Source of the DNA: an uncultured Chloroflexia bacterium
GTDB lineage: Bacteria > Chloroflexota > Limnocylindria > Limnocylindrales > CSP1-4
Reading direction: 5' to 3'
Assembly (NCBI GenBank): GCA_963783055.1
Contig: CAWAMB010000004.1
Location: 718,304 to 782,303, forward strand
Length of the DNA stretch: 64,000 nucleotides
Made by a program: the position numbers and the translations under genes. Under the pieces are notes generated by a model, which was not told the DNA's origin, searched no databases, and saw only the letters and a list, made by a program, of their open reading frames with translations. Shown in pieces: positions 50,331 through 60,451 of the stretch. Position 1 is the first letter of the stretch. Every line of letters starts with the position of its first letter.

Positions 50331-50861
50331 TCAGCGCGGGCGGCCGCCCCGGACGAGGAGCAGCAGGCCGATCGCGACCAGGATCAGCGGCCAGGCAAGG
50401 CTCGCCACATCCGGCTTGATCACCTCCGACCCGCCGATCAGGACGAGGATCCCGCCGTACAGCGTCTGCCAGCCGACGCCCCCGCCCTGCGTCATCCGGA
50501 CCGCGGCCACAAACAGGAACGCCAGCCCGAAGAACAGCGTGCCCCAGCCCGGCCCGAGCGGCTGGCCGAGCGCCTGGATCGTGCCCGGCAGGGCCAGCGC
50601 CGTCAGGAAGGCGCCGGCGTACAGGGCAATGGAGCTGCGTCGCAGAAGCCAGGCCACCAGCGAGGCGACTCCGGCGGCCAGGACCGCGACGTCGCCGAGC
50701 CGCTGATACTCCGGCAGCGCCCGCTCGAGAAGCAGCAGCCCGCCGAACACGACGAGGAAGATGCCGATCCACGGCAGGCCCGGCCGGCGGTCCTCGTCGG
50801 GGCCCCAGCGCCACGCCCATTCCCGGGTACTCGGGTCGCCGGACAGGTTGCGATCGTTCAT
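50331..50861 (-). CDS. Small polytopic membrane protein (LiaF/DUF5668-like)
   Basis: About 6 TM helices, WPLILVAIGLLLL tail. Confidence 0.7.
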   Translation of the reverse strand: MNDRNLSGDPSTREWAWRWGPDEDRRPGLPWIGIFLVVFGGLLLLERALPEYQRLGDVAVLAAGVASLVAWLLRRSSIALYAGAFLTALALPGTIQALGQPLGPGWGTLFFGLAFLFVAAVRMTQGGGVGWQTLYGGILVLIGGSEVIKPDVASLAWPLILVAIGLLLLVRGGRPR

Positions 50862-50935
50862 CCGTCCCTCCGCAAGCCCTCGCCGGGGTTCGTTCGTCCC
50901 CCGGCGTCGGCCCGGCGGCGAGTCTACGACCACGG

Positions 50936-53311
50936 CTAGGACCCTGCGAGGCTCGGCGCGCGCCGTCCGGCGTCGGCCGACTCGGCGTCGGTCGGCAGCT
51001 CGAGATCGTCCTCGGCGTGGCTGAATCCGAGCCGGTCGGCAAACCGGCCGAGCGGTCCCGGCGCCCACCAGTTCCAGCCGCCCATCAGGCGCATGGCCGC
51101 CGGAACGAGCAGGACCCGGATGATCGTCGCGTCGATCAGGACCGCGATCGCCATCCCGACCCCGATGCTCTTGATCGTGATCGATTCGGCGAGGGCGAAG
51201 GCCGAGAAGACCACGACCATGATCAGGGCCGCGCCGGTGATCACGCCGGCCGTTCGGGACAGGCCTTCGGCAACGGACGCCCGGTTGTCGCCCGTCCGGC
51301 GGTACGCCTCCTGGATCCGGGACAGCAGGAGGACCTCGTAGTCCATCGACAGCCCGAACAGGATGCTGAACATGATGATCGGGTTGCCGGCCACCGTGAA
51401 GCCGGGCGACGTGAACCCCAGGACGTTCGACAGGTTGCCCTCCTGGAAGATCCAGACGAGGGCGCCGAAGCTGGCCGTGATCGAGAGCAGGGTCATGACG
51501 ACTGCCTTGAGCGGGATCACGACGGAGCCGAACAGGAGGAACAGGATCAGGCCGCTCGCGAGGAGCGTGACCGCGACCGCCCACGGGACCGTGTTGCCCT
51601 GGCTGACCATGAAGTCGTGGCCCTCGGCGGCGAGTCCACCGACGGCGCCGGTGACACCGGCCACACGGACTGCCCGGACGGCGGGGATGACCTCGCCGCC
51701 GGCGGGGCTCACCGGGTCGAGCGGGCTGACCGCATCGAGCCGGACGACCGAGCCGCGAACGTAGGCGTCCTTGAGCTGGTCGCGCGCGGCGACGAGCTGG
51801 GGCGGCAGCTGGTCGGCGGGGGCGGCATAGAACGCAGCGAGCTGGTCCGTCGTCATCGCCGATCCGGTCTGCGGGTCCACGACGCTGAACGGACCCTCGA
51901 CCCGATCGATCCCGTCGACCGCGTTCAGCGCGACCGAGAAGTCGGTCAGGCGGGTGATGTTGGCCGCACTGAGGGGGTCGCCGTCGACCGTCGCGAGGAT
52001 CGTGATCGGCGAGGTTTCGCCGGCCTGGAAGTCGGTCGCGAGCGTGACCGCGGCGTCGCGACTCTCGAGGCCCTCGGGCAGGGTGGCCGCGTTCGGGATG
52101 CCCTGGCTGAGGCGCAGGAACGGCGTCCCGGCCAGGAGCAGGAAGAGGACGGCAGGGATCAGGAACGCGAGCGGCCGGGCCATGACGAGGTGGGCGACCG
52201 CCGCCCAGCGGGACGGCCGAGCGGCACGGGCCGCGGTCGCGCCGCCGGGCCGGCCGAGCCGGCGGCGGATGGCGGCGAACAGGCCGCCCAGGCTGAGGGC
52301 ATTCACCCGTGGCCCGAGCATTCCGAGGACGGCCGGCAGGAACGTCAGGGCATAGAAGACCGACGAGGCGACGACGATCGAGCCGCCGATCCCGAACGAG
52401 CGCAGCGCCGCCGGCTGGAACAGCAGGAGCCCTGACAGGCCGATTGCGACCGCGAGGCCCGAGAACGCGACGGCCTTGCCGCTCGTGGCCACGGTCGTCT
52501 CGACGGCCTGGGCGACGGTTCGACCCCGTCGCAGCTCCTCGCGGAAGCGGCTGACCATGAACAGCGAGTAGTCGATCGCCAGCGCCAGGCCGAGCATCGT
52601 CGCCACGTTCTGGACGTAGATCGAGAGCTCGGTCGTCTGGGCGACGAGATAGACGCCAGCGAGCGTGGTCGGGATCGCGAGCCCGGCGACGAGCAGCGGT
52701 AACCCGGCCGCGACGACGGATGCGAAGACCGCGAGCAGGATCAGGAGCGCGAACGGCCCGGAGATCGTCTCGGCCTGGACGAGCTCCTTCTCCGACTGGT
52801 GGGCCTGGTCCTCGGTGAACGGACCGACGCCGGCCAGGCTGAGCGAGGCGCCGCTCGGCTGGTCGATCAGGGCCCGGATCGTCGGCATCTCGTTGGCCGA
52901 CTGCTCGTCGGTGATCGTGAGCCGGACGACCGCGTAGGCGGAGTGGCCGTCGGTGCTGATGAAGCGGGCGTCACCGGTCTCGGCGAAGCCGATGACGCCG
53001 TCGGCGATCGGATCGGCGGCCAGCCGCGAGAGCGAGGACGCGATCGTCTGCTGGAAGGCCGGGGAGCGGGCGTCCGTGCCGGCATCGCCTTCGAACAGGG
53101 CCACGATCGAGCCCCGGCCGGCCCCGAACTCGTCCGCCAGGCGGGTCGAGACCGCGGCGGATTCCGAGCGGGGATCGGTCCAGCCGCCGGACACCAGCGA
53201 GTCCGTGACCTTGGCGGCCAGCGTCACGGAACCGATCGCGAGGACGACCGTGACGAGGGCGATCGGACGGCGGAAGCGATAGACGAACGCGCCCCAGCGT
53301 GAGAACAACAT
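50936..53311 (-). CDS. MMPL family transporter
   Basis: LGLALAIDYSLF, FGLSMDYEVLLLSRIQE, WNWWAP. Confidence 0.93.
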   Translation of the reverse strand: MLFSRWGAFVYRFRRPIALVTVVLAIGSVTLAAKVTDSLVSGGWTDPRSESAAVSTRLADEFGAGRGSIVALFEGDAGTDARSPAFQQTIASSLSRLAADPIADGVIGFAETGDARFISTDGHSAYAVVRLTITDEQSANEMPTIRALIDQPSGASLSLAGVGPFTEDQAHQSEKELVQAETISGPFALLILLAVFASVVAAGLPLLVAGLAIPTTLAGVYLVAQTTELSIYVQNVATMLGLALAIDYSLFMVSRFREELRRGRTVAQAVETTVATSGKAVAFSGLAVAIGLSGLLLFQPAALRSFGIGGSIVVASSVFYALTFLPAVLGMLGPRVNALSLGGLFAAIRRRLGRPGGATAARAARPSRWAAVAHLVMARPLAFLIPAVLFLLLAGTPFLRLSQGIPNAATLPEGLESRDAAVTLATDFQAGETSPITILATVDGDPLSAANITRLTDFSVALNAVDGIDRVEGPFSVVDPQTGSAMTTDQLAAFYAAPADQLPPQLVAARDQLKDAYVRGSVVRLDAVSPLDPVSPAGGEVIPAVRAVRVAGVTGAVGGLAAEGHDFMVSQGNTVPWAVAVTLLASGLILFLLFGSVVIPLKAVVMTLLSITASFGALVWIFQEGNLSNVLGFTSPGFTVAGNPIIMFSILFGLSMDYEVLLLSRIQEAYRRTGDNRASVAEGLSRTAGVITGAALIMVVVFSAFALAESITIKSIGVGMAIAVLIDATIIRVLLVPAAMRLMGGWNWWAPGPLGRFADRLGFSHAEDDLELPTDAESADAGRRAPSLAGS

Positions 53312-53368
53312 CGAGAGCCCCTTCGGATGGCGACGGACGGCGTCGGGTGGTCGGTGTTTCGCTGAGGC

Positions 53369-53398
53369 AACATAGAGAATGAGCATTCGTTTTGTCAA
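53369..53398 (-). promoter_or_regulatory. mmpL promoter (TTGACA-18-TATGTT) with an internal palindrome GAATG-AG-CATTC, a candidate TetR operator
   Basis: Palindrome at 53377-53388 lies between the -35 and -10 boxes, in the divergent mmpL/tetR intergenic region. Confidence 0.65.
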
Positions 53399-53459
53399 GA
53401 CTTGTCGTGCGGGTGCTTCCTGCGTAGGCTAGGGGAGCAACCGTTCTCCAGGAGTCACC

Positions 53460-54152
53460 ATGCCTCGCGTCAGCGCCGCGCACGAGCAGGAAGTCCGCGA
53501 CCGGATCGTCCGGGCCGCCCTGGCCGTCTTCGCCGAGCGCGGCTTCCATCGCGCGACGATGCAGGACATCGTCCGGACATCGGGCCTGTCGGTCGGGGCG
53601 ATCTACACGTACTTCAAGAGCAAGTCCGACCTGATCCTGGCGGGCTGCGACCTGATCACCGACCAGGAGCTCGCCCAGCTCGGCGACCGGCTGGCACCCG
53701 TCAACGGCTACCGCGAGCGGATCGCGGCGGCCATCGGCTACTGGTTCGACAACCTGGCGGTCGAGCAGACGGACCGCGGCTCCGGGTTCCTCCTCCTCCA
53801 GGCCTGGGCCGAGGTCGAGACCGACCCGGCGATCCGCTCGATGCTCCTGCATCGCCGGCACGAGACGACGACGGCGATCGTGCTGCTCCTCCAGGAGGGC
53901 GTCATGCGCGGCGAGCTGCCGCCCTGGCTCGATGTCGCGTCGGTCTCGCAGGCGATGTCCGCGCTGCTCGACGGGATGCTGATCCAGGCCGCCGAGGAGG
54001 GCGCCGGCTACCGCCGGGCCGACCACGAGCGGCGGATCCTGTCGTTCCTCGAGACGATCCTGGCGGCGAAGGACGCCGTCGCCCCGGAGCGGATCGTGCC
54101 CGCGCCGCCCGTCCCGTACGAGTCCGTGCGGGCGCGCCGCGCCGCGTCATGA
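53460..54152 (+). CDS. TetR family regulator
   Basis: FAERGFHRATMQDIVRTSGLSVGAIYTYFKSK. Confidence 0.93.
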   Translation: MPRVSAAHEQEVRDRIVRAALAVFAERGFHRATMQDIVRTSGLSVGAIYTYFKSKSDLILAGCDLITDQELAQLGDRLAPVNGYRERIAAAIGYWFDNLAVEQTDRGSGFLLLQAWAEVETDPAIRSMLLHRRHETTTAIVLLLQEGVMRGELPPWLDVASVSQAMSALLDGMLIQAAEEGAGYRRADHERRILSFLETILAAKDAVAPERIVPAPPVPYESVRARRAAS

Positions 54153-55117
54153 GCGACGCCGTGGCCAGCTCGACCGCGACCGGTCGGGTCCAGACCGTCC
54201 TCGGCGCCATCGATCCCGCCGACCTCGGCTGGGTGCTGCCCCACGAGCACACCGCGATCGCCCTGTGGCACGTCGCCAACCGCTGGGACTACTGGGAGCT
54301 CCGCCGCGACGAGCCCGTGATCGTCGAGGAGCTCGCCGCGTTCCGGGCGGCCGGCGGCGGGACCGTCGTCGACCTGACCCTCGACGGTGTCGGGCGCGAC
54401 CCCGAGTGGCTGGCGGGCCTCGCCCGCGCGACCGGTCTCGCCTTCGTCATGGGTGCCGGCTGGTATCGCGGCGCGCACTATCCGGCCGAGCTGCTCGTCG
54501 ATCGGCGGACGGTCGATGTGCTCGCCGAACTGATCGTCCACGACGCCACGGTCGGGGTGGGGGAAACCGGGATCCGGGCCGGCATCATCGGCGAGATCGG
54601 GACCGACAAGCCGTGGCTGTCGGCCCAGGAGGAACGGGTCCATCGCGCCGCGGCCCGGGCGGCCCGGCAGACCGGTCTCGCGATCACGACCCATGCCGTC
54701 CAGTCGTCGGTCGGGCTCGACCAGCTCGACATCTTCGAGGCTGAGGGCGCCGACCTGACGCGGGTCGTGATCGGCCACGCCGACTCCAACCCGTCGCTCG
54801 ACTACCACCTCGCGATCGTGGAGCGCGGCGCGACCGTCGAGTTCGACTTCCTCGGGATGAGCTTCACGGCCCTCGAGCGCCACGGCGAGAGCCGGATCGT
54901 CGACCACCTCCGCGAGCTCCTGGCGCGCGGTCACGGTGAGCGGATCCTGCTGTCGCAGGACGTCTGCCACGACAGCCAGCTCCGGCGCTACGGCGGCAAC
55001 GGCTACACGTACCTGGCCGACACGTTCCTGCCACGACTCCGGGCAGCCGGCGTGTCCGAGGCCGAGATCCAGACGATCACGGTCGACAACCCGCGCCGCC
55101 TGCTCACGATCGCCTGA
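54149..55117 (+). CDS. Phosphotriesterase-homology (PHP/PTE) amidohydrolase
   Basis: PHEH, GGGTVVD, GEIG, TTH, GHAD, SQDVC, DNPRRLL. Confidence 0.9.
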   Translation: MSDAVASSTATGRVQTVLGAIDPADLGWVLPHEHTAIALWHVANRWDYWELRRDEPVIVEELAAFRAAGGGTVVDLTLDGVGRDPEWLAGLARATGLAFVMGAGWYRGAHYPAELLVDRRTVDVLAELIVHDATVGVGETGIRAGIIGEIGTDKPWLSAQEERVHRAAARAARQTGLAITTHAVQSSVGLDQLDIFEAEGADLTRVVIGHADSNPSLDYHLAIVERGATVEFDFLGMSFTALERHGESRIVDHLRELLARGHGERILLSQDVCHDSQLRRYGGNGYTYLADTFLPRLRAAGVSEAEIQTITVDNPRRLLTIA

Positions 55118-56010
55118 CCGCCGCGATCGTCTGACCGCCGCGATCGTCTGACCGCCGGGATTGCCTGACCGCCGGGATCGCCTGACCCGGCGCGGGACGC
55201 CGCGATCAAGCCGCGGGACGCCGCGACGCGCGATCCGGCCATGCATGCGTGCCGGGAATGAGTGAGTTGGTCGCACGCTCACCGTTCGCCTCCCGGCCGC
55301 GTCGCTGACCGTGGCGGGTCCGCCAGCCAGTCCAGCCGTGCATCGATGGCGCGATCGGCCGCCCGATCCCGGCGCGGGACGATCGCGTGACCGCCGCGGG
55401 ACGCCGCGCCGCCGCGAGACGCCGCGAGACGCCGCGGGACGATCGCGTGACCGCCGCGGGACGCCGCGCCGCCGCGGGACGCCGCGCCGCCGCGATCAGG
55501 CCATGCATGCCTGCCGGGAATGAGTGGGTCGGTCGCACGCTCACCGTTCGCCTCCCGGCCGCGTCGCTGAGCGTGGCGGGTCCGCCAGCCAGTCCAGCCG
55601 TGCATCGATGGCGAGATCGGCCGCCCGATCCCGGCGCGGGACGATCGCGTGACCGCCGCGGGACGCCGCGAGACGCCGCGAGACGCCGCGAGACGCCGCG
55701 GGACGATCGCGTGACCGCCGCGGGACGCCGCGCCGCCGCGATCAGGCCATGCATGCCTGCCGGGAATGAGTGGGTCGGTCGTATGCACACCGTTCGCTTC
55801 CCGGCCGCGTCGCTGAGCGTGGCGGGTCCGCCAGCCAGTCCAGCCGTGCATCGATGGCGAGATCGGCCGCCCGATCCCGGCGCGGACGTCATGCCGGCGC
55901 GGGCCGCGATTCCGGCACGGGCCGCGATTCCGGCACGGGCCGCGATTCCGGCACGGGCCGCCATGCCGGCGCGGGACGCCATGCCGGCACGGGACGCCAT
56001 GCCGGCGCGG
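55114..56010. repeat. Nested non-coding repeat array: 17-bp tandems, three ~144-bp units separated by variable 10-20-bp tandems, then 18-bp tandems
   Basis: Long units at ~55237-55380, 55499-55642 and 55745-55887. Confidence 0.9.
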
Positions 56011-56027
56011 CAGGCCGCGCCGCGCCG

Positions 56028-56474
56028 CTACTGGTCCTCGAGCGTTGCCTCGACGGTGATCGCCACGTTGCCCTTCAATGCCCGCGAGATCGGACAGCCA
56101 TCCTTGGCCTGATCCGCAGCCGCGGCAAAGCTGCCCTGCGTCGCTCCGGGCGCCGTGCCGCGGACGACGATCGTCGCGTCGGTGACGGTGAACCCAGCTT
56201 CGAGCTTGTCGGCCCCGATGACCACCTCGACGTCGACCCGGGTCGGGGGCGTGCCGGCCTTGGCGAGGATGTTCGAGAACGCCATCGAGTAGCACGACGC
56301 GTGGGCCGCGGCGAGCAGCTCCTCCGGGGAGATCGTGCCCTGCGTCTCGCCGATGCGCGAGGCCCACGTCGTCGGCTGGTCGCGGAACGTGCCGGTCGTG
56401 GCCGCGCTCACCGTCCCGTTGCCGGTCAGGAGGTCCCCGCTCCAGGTTGCCGTCGCGCGTCGGGTTGTCGCCAT
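56028..56474 (-). CDS. osmC: OsmC family peroxiredoxin
   Basis: WSGDLLTGNG, SPEELLAAAHASCYSMA, AKDGCPISRAL; AGGAGG-like SD. Confidence 0.9.
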   Translation of the reverse strand: MATTRRATATWSGDLLTGNGTVSAATTGTFRDQPTTWASRIGETQGTISPEELLAAAHASCYSMAFSNILAKAGTPPTRVDVEVVIGADKLEAGFTVTDATIVVRGTAPGATQGSFAAAADQAKDGCPISRALKGNVAITVEATLEDQ

Positions 56475-56728
56475 GTCATTCCTCCGTCGGGTTGGGTCGA
56501 CTCGAACTGGAGTGAGTCGAGGGTGCGCCGCGATCGATGGGCGCCAGCAGGTTCGACCCGATGGTCCCATAGGTCTCCGATCCGGTCCGGTGGGGTGCCG
56601 CCGGGTCCGGTCGGGCAGGGTGCGGACGTCTGGCACCGACTCCGTAGACCGGGTCCGGTACCAATCGCCCCGACCGACGGGACCGGTCACCCATACCGCT
56701 CTCGGCCGCCGTCCGCGATCGTTGACGC

Positions 56729-57571
56729 ATGGTCTCACCCGTGCGCGCTCTCAACCGTCGACGCCTCGCGTCGATCCTCCTCGTCGCCGTCGTCGGCGCC
56801 GCGATCGTTGCGCCCGGTGGTGCCGCCGCCGCGAGCGCCCCGAGCAACGAGGCCGGACTATCCGCCTACGAGATGGGCATGGTCTCGGAGCTCAATGCCG
56901 ACCGGACGTCGCGCGGCCTCGTGTCCGTCCGCGTCGACGCGCGCCTGATGGCGATCGCCCGCGCCCGGTCGGTCGACATGGTCCAGAAGAGCTACTTCAG
57001 CCATGTCCAGCCCGACGGCCGGAACGTGTTCGACATCCTGCGCGAGCAGAGCGTCAAGTGGTACGGCGCCGGCGAGATCATCGCCTGGAACACCTCCACC
57101 TGGGATGCCACGACCAGCGTCGCCAACCGCGGCTGGATGAACTCGACGGGCCACAGGGCGATCATCACGTCGAGCAACTACAACTACGTGGGCGTCGGCC
57201 TTGCGTTCGACCCGTCCAGCGGCAAGAAGATGTGGACCGCGGTCTTCATCAAGGGCCCGGACCGGACCGCCGCAAAGGCGACCGTGTACACCCCGCGGGT
57301 GGTTGCCAGCCCGAGCGCATCGACCCGCAAGGTCAAGGTCGCGTGGACGGGCTACGACCCTCGCCTCCAGGTCCTCACGTCAGGTCTGCGCTCGTACGAC
57401 ATCCAGCGCCGCGTCGACGGCGGCGAGTGGACGACGCTCGTGTCCTCGACCACGCTCCGGGTCACCTACTTCACGGTGCCGACCGGCCACTTCTATGAGT
57501 TCCGGATCGCGGCCCGCGACAACGCCGGCAACGACGGCGCCTGGATGACCCGGGTCATCGACCTCCGCTAG
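56729..57571 (+). CDS. Secreted CAP (SCP) domain protein with a C-terminal FN3-like domain
   Basis: Signal peptide, LNADR, YFSH, GEIIA, WMNSTGHRA, YEFRIAARDNAGN. Confidence 0.85.
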   Translation: MVSPVRALNRRRLASILLVAVVGAAIVAPGGAAAASAPSNEAGLSAYEMGMVSELNADRTSRGLVSVRVDARLMAIARARSVDMVQKSYFSHVQPDGRNVFDILREQSVKWYGAGEIIAWNTSTWDATTSVANRGWMNSTGHRAIITSSNYNYVGVGLAFDPSSGKKMWTAVFIKGPDRTAAKATVYTPRVVASPSASTRKVKVAWTGYDPRLQVLTSGLRSYDIQRRVDGGEWTTLVSSTTLRVTYFTVPTGHFYEFRIAARDNAGNDGAWMTRVIDLR

Positions 57572-57600
57572 TCGGCGTCGTCCCGTCCCTGGCCGCGAGG

Positions 57601-59043
57601 CTACGGCCGGCCCGTCACCCGGGCTCCATCCGCCGCAGCGCGTGCCGCGCGCACGAACGCCCGATGGCGGGCCACCCGCGGCCAGCCGATGCGGGTGACG
57701 CCGCCGAACGCCCGATGGGCCTCGAGGGCTGCGGCGAACGCCGTGACGAACCCGGGCTCGGCCAGCGGGTCGAATCCGTCCTCGAACCACAGGCCGGCGA
57801 TTCGGAGCGTGTCGGTCTTGCGCTCGATCCGCGGTTCGATCCGGCCCACGAACCGATCGCCGAACCAGATCGGCAGGACGTAGTAGCCCCACCGCCGCTT
57901 GGCCGCCGGAACGTAGACCTCCCACAGGTACTCGAAGCCGAAGAGGGCGGGCAGCACATCGCGGTCCCACACGAGCGGATCGAGAGCCGCCACGAACGCC
58001 ACGCCCGGGGACGCGCCGCCCGGTGGCGATCCGGCCGCGATCTCGCGCTCGGCCTGGTCGAGCAGGGGCAGCTCGTCGACGAGGACGTAGCGCAGGCCGC
58101 GGACGCCATCGACGGTCAGGGGCACCAATGAGCCGTCCGCGACCAGCTCGCGGTGGAGCTCCTTCCGGCCGGCCGACTTCAGCGACAGGCCGTCTTCCAT
58201 CCCGATCTCGACCCACGGCGACGTGCCGTACCAGAGCTCCATGCTGCCGATCGTCCCGAGGAGCCCGTGGGCCCGGTAGCGCGACAGGAGCTTGTGGCGG
58301 AACCGCTCCCGGATCGGGATGAACCGGTCGAGGACCTCGGCCGGGAAGAGCCGCTCGACGAGGTCGTAGACGCGCCGATTCCCGTCGCGCCGCGACAGGC
58401 CGAGGATCCCCGCCTCGGCGAGACCCTCGAGCAGCGCCCGGACCTGGTTCGTCGGCCGCCACGACCACTCGATGACCGCCCGCGGCTCGATGTCGATCGA
58501 CGACATCGGCCCGGTCGATGCGATCCGCTCCAGGAGCTCCGCGACGAGCGGGGCGTGTTCGTCGAATGCCTTGCCCTCGTGCATCTGGCGGGCGCGGTCC
58601 CACGCCACGCGATACCACGGCAGGTCCGCGGTCGGGACGATCGAGAGGCCCTTGTTGTAGGTCTCGTACAGGGATCGGTCGCGGTACAGGAGCTCGTCCG
58701 TCATCTCCCGCCGGTAGCCCGGGACGCGGGCCAGCAGGACCAGGTCATGGTTCCGGCCGGCGATCTCGATCGGATCGAACTGGATCGACCCGAGCCGGTC
58801 GAACACGGCCAGGATGCCCTCGCCGCCGGGCGGCAAGGATCGCGGCGGGGCGACGAGGTGGTGGATCGCCAGGAACCGCCGCGCGACGGCGCCGCTGATC
58901 GAGCGCTCGACGACCGGCTCGGGACCGGGTGCCGCCGTCGTCGTCGGGCTCGTCGGCCCCGCCACGGGCGCGGTGCCCGTCACGGTCGGCAGCGGCTCGA
59001 CCGTTCGTCGGGCGGGTCTGGGCGGTGAGGCGGTGGTCGTCAT
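57601..59043 (-). CDS. YcaQ/AlkZ-family crosslink-repair DNA glycosylase
   Basis: IQFDPI, RNHDLVLLAR, LDPLVWDR, FGFEYLWEVYVPAAKRRWGYYVLP. Confidence 0.9.
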   Translation of the reverse strand: MTTTASPPRPARRTVEPLPTVTGTAPVAGPTSPTTTAAPGPEPVVERSISGAVARRFLAIHHLVAPPRSLPPGGEGILAVFDRLGSIQFDPIEIAGRNHDLVLLARVPGYRREMTDELLYRDRSLYETYNKGLSIVPTADLPWYRVAWDRARQMHEGKAFDEHAPLVAELLERIASTGPMSSIDIEPRAVIEWSWRPTNQVRALLEGLAEAGILGLSRRDGNRRVYDLVERLFPAEVLDRFIPIRERFRHKLLSRYRAHGLLGTIGSMELWYGTSPWVEIGMEDGLSLKSAGRKELHRELVADGSLVPLTVDGVRGLRYVLVDELPLLDQAEREIAAGSPPGGASPGVAFVAALDPLVWDRDVLPALFGFEYLWEVYVPAAKRRWGYYVLPIWFGDRFVGRIEPRIERKTDTLRIAGLWFEDGFDPLAEPGFVTAFAAALEAHRAFGGVTRIGWPRVARHRAFVRAARAAADGARVTGRP

Positions 59044-59068
59044 GCCGCCATCGTCGGCGGCGTACCCG

Positions 59069-59584
59069 TCAGCTTCCGTCACGTATGCCCGACGGGATCT
59101 CGAGCGTCTCCTCCAGCCGGTCGACGAACGGGACCTGGGTCGGCTTGAGCCGTCGCCGTGCCTCGGCCGGCTCGAACCACGCGACGCGGTCGATCTCGGG
59201 AAACGTCTGGCGCTGCCCGCTTCGTGGTGGCCACTCCATCTCGAACACGTTCGACAGCGCCTTCGCAGGATCGAGGTCGCCCTCGATTGCCCAGGCGTGG
59301 ACGAGCTTGCCGCCCTTCTGGACGATCGATCCGAGGCTCAGCGGCGGCGTTCCGTCCGGTTGGGTCGACGGCGCCACGAGTCCGACCTCCTCGGCGAACT
59401 CGCGCCGGGCGACCTCGAGGAGGTCCTCGTCGGGAAACTCGGGCTCGCCCTTGGGCAGGGTCCAGTGGCCCTCGTCGCGCTTGGCGAAGAACGGTCCGCC
59501 CGGGTGGGCGAGCAGGACCTCCAGCCGCTCGTCGGGCGAAGCGCGCCGGAAGAGGAGGATGCCGGCGCTCTGTCGGAGGGCCAT
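59069..59584 (-). CDS. NUDIX hydrolase
   Basis: LAHPGGPF, PKGE, ARREFAEEVG, EWPPRSG..FPEIDR. Confidence 0.9.
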   Translation of the reverse strand: MALRQSAGILLFRRASPDERLEVLLAHPGGPFFAKRDEGHWTLPKGEPEFPDEDLLEVARREFAEEVGLVAPSTQPDGTPPLSLGSIVQKGGKLVHAWAIEGDLDPAKALSNVFEMEWPPRSGQRQTFPEIDRVAWFEPAEARRRLKPTQVPFVDRLEETLEIPSGIRDGS

Positions 59585-59733
59585 GAACCCATCGTACGAC
59601 CCGCGGCCGCTGGCGTGGCGGCGATCGGCGGCCGCCTGCGATGCACCTGCAACCCCCCAGTCCGGTGCGCCCGTCGGCCCGTGACACCGCGACCCGCATG
59701 CTCTGCGCAGCACGCAACCCGGAAGGAGACCCC

Positions 59734-60312
59734 ATGCCCGATCTCTCCCTGCCGGAGATCCACCTGCCGGAGATCAAGCTCCCAGGAGGACTCCGCGACA
59801 TGAACCGACACGACATCCAGAGCGCGATCGGCGATCGCATGCCGACCATGCCGAAGAAGATCGAGATGCCGGACGTCGACCTCTCGAAGTTCGATCTGCC
59901 GAAGGCCGTCGAGGACCGCCTGAGCCAGGTCGAGAAGGCGATCAACAAGCTCGACCTGCCGAAGGCGATCGAGGACCGGATGCCCGGCCGGAAGCGGACG
60001 AATCCGATCCTGCCGCTGGCCGCCCTCCTCGCCATCGGCTCGATGTTCGCCGCCGCCTGGTGGCTGATCACCTCGCCGGGCGCGTCGGTGAAGGTCCGCG
60101 AGACCGCGGATCGGATCAAGGCCCGCGTCACCGGCCAGGAGACGGCCCTCGAGCGCTTCGATGACGACTCGGACCTCGGCAGCCTGCTGCCCGATCCCAG
60201 CCAGACTCGGCCGTCGGTCGAGAACGAGACCTGGCCGGACACGATGGCCGACCTCGGCGAGACGGTCGCCGCCGGCAACGGCTCGTCCACGGAGCACACC
60301 GCGGGCGTCTGA
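59734..60312 (+). CDS. Hypothetical single-TM protein with internal LP-type repeats
   Basis: AGGAG SD; DLPKAVEDR/DLPKAIEDR duplication; one TM helix. Confidence 0.7.
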   Translation: MPDLSLPEIHLPEIKLPGGLRDMNRHDIQSAIGDRMPTMPKKIEMPDVDLSKFDLPKAVEDRLSQVEKAINKLDLPKAIEDRMPGRKRTNPILPLAALLAIGSMFAAAWWLITSPGASVKVRETADRIKARVTGQETALERFDDDSDLGSLLPDPSQTRPSVENETWPDTMADLGETVAAGNGSSTEHTAGV

Positions 60313-60451
60313 CCTTCCGCTCCTGCGCCGGCCGGCACCGGCGCTCGCATGAGCCGACGCGACGGCGTTCCCACGGGAGCCCGTCGCGTCGTCGCGTCCG
60401 GGCCCGGCTCACTGGCCGGGCGCGCCTCGGTGGCCGGACCCCAGCGTCCCG

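Noticed and set aside
55114-56010. CRISPR array
   Set aside because: Units are ~144 bp, the spacers are themselves repeats, and there are no cas genes
55206-56367. Long ORFs across the repeat array
   Set aside because: Low-complexity Arg/Ala translations open in several frames because GC-rich repeats lack stop codons
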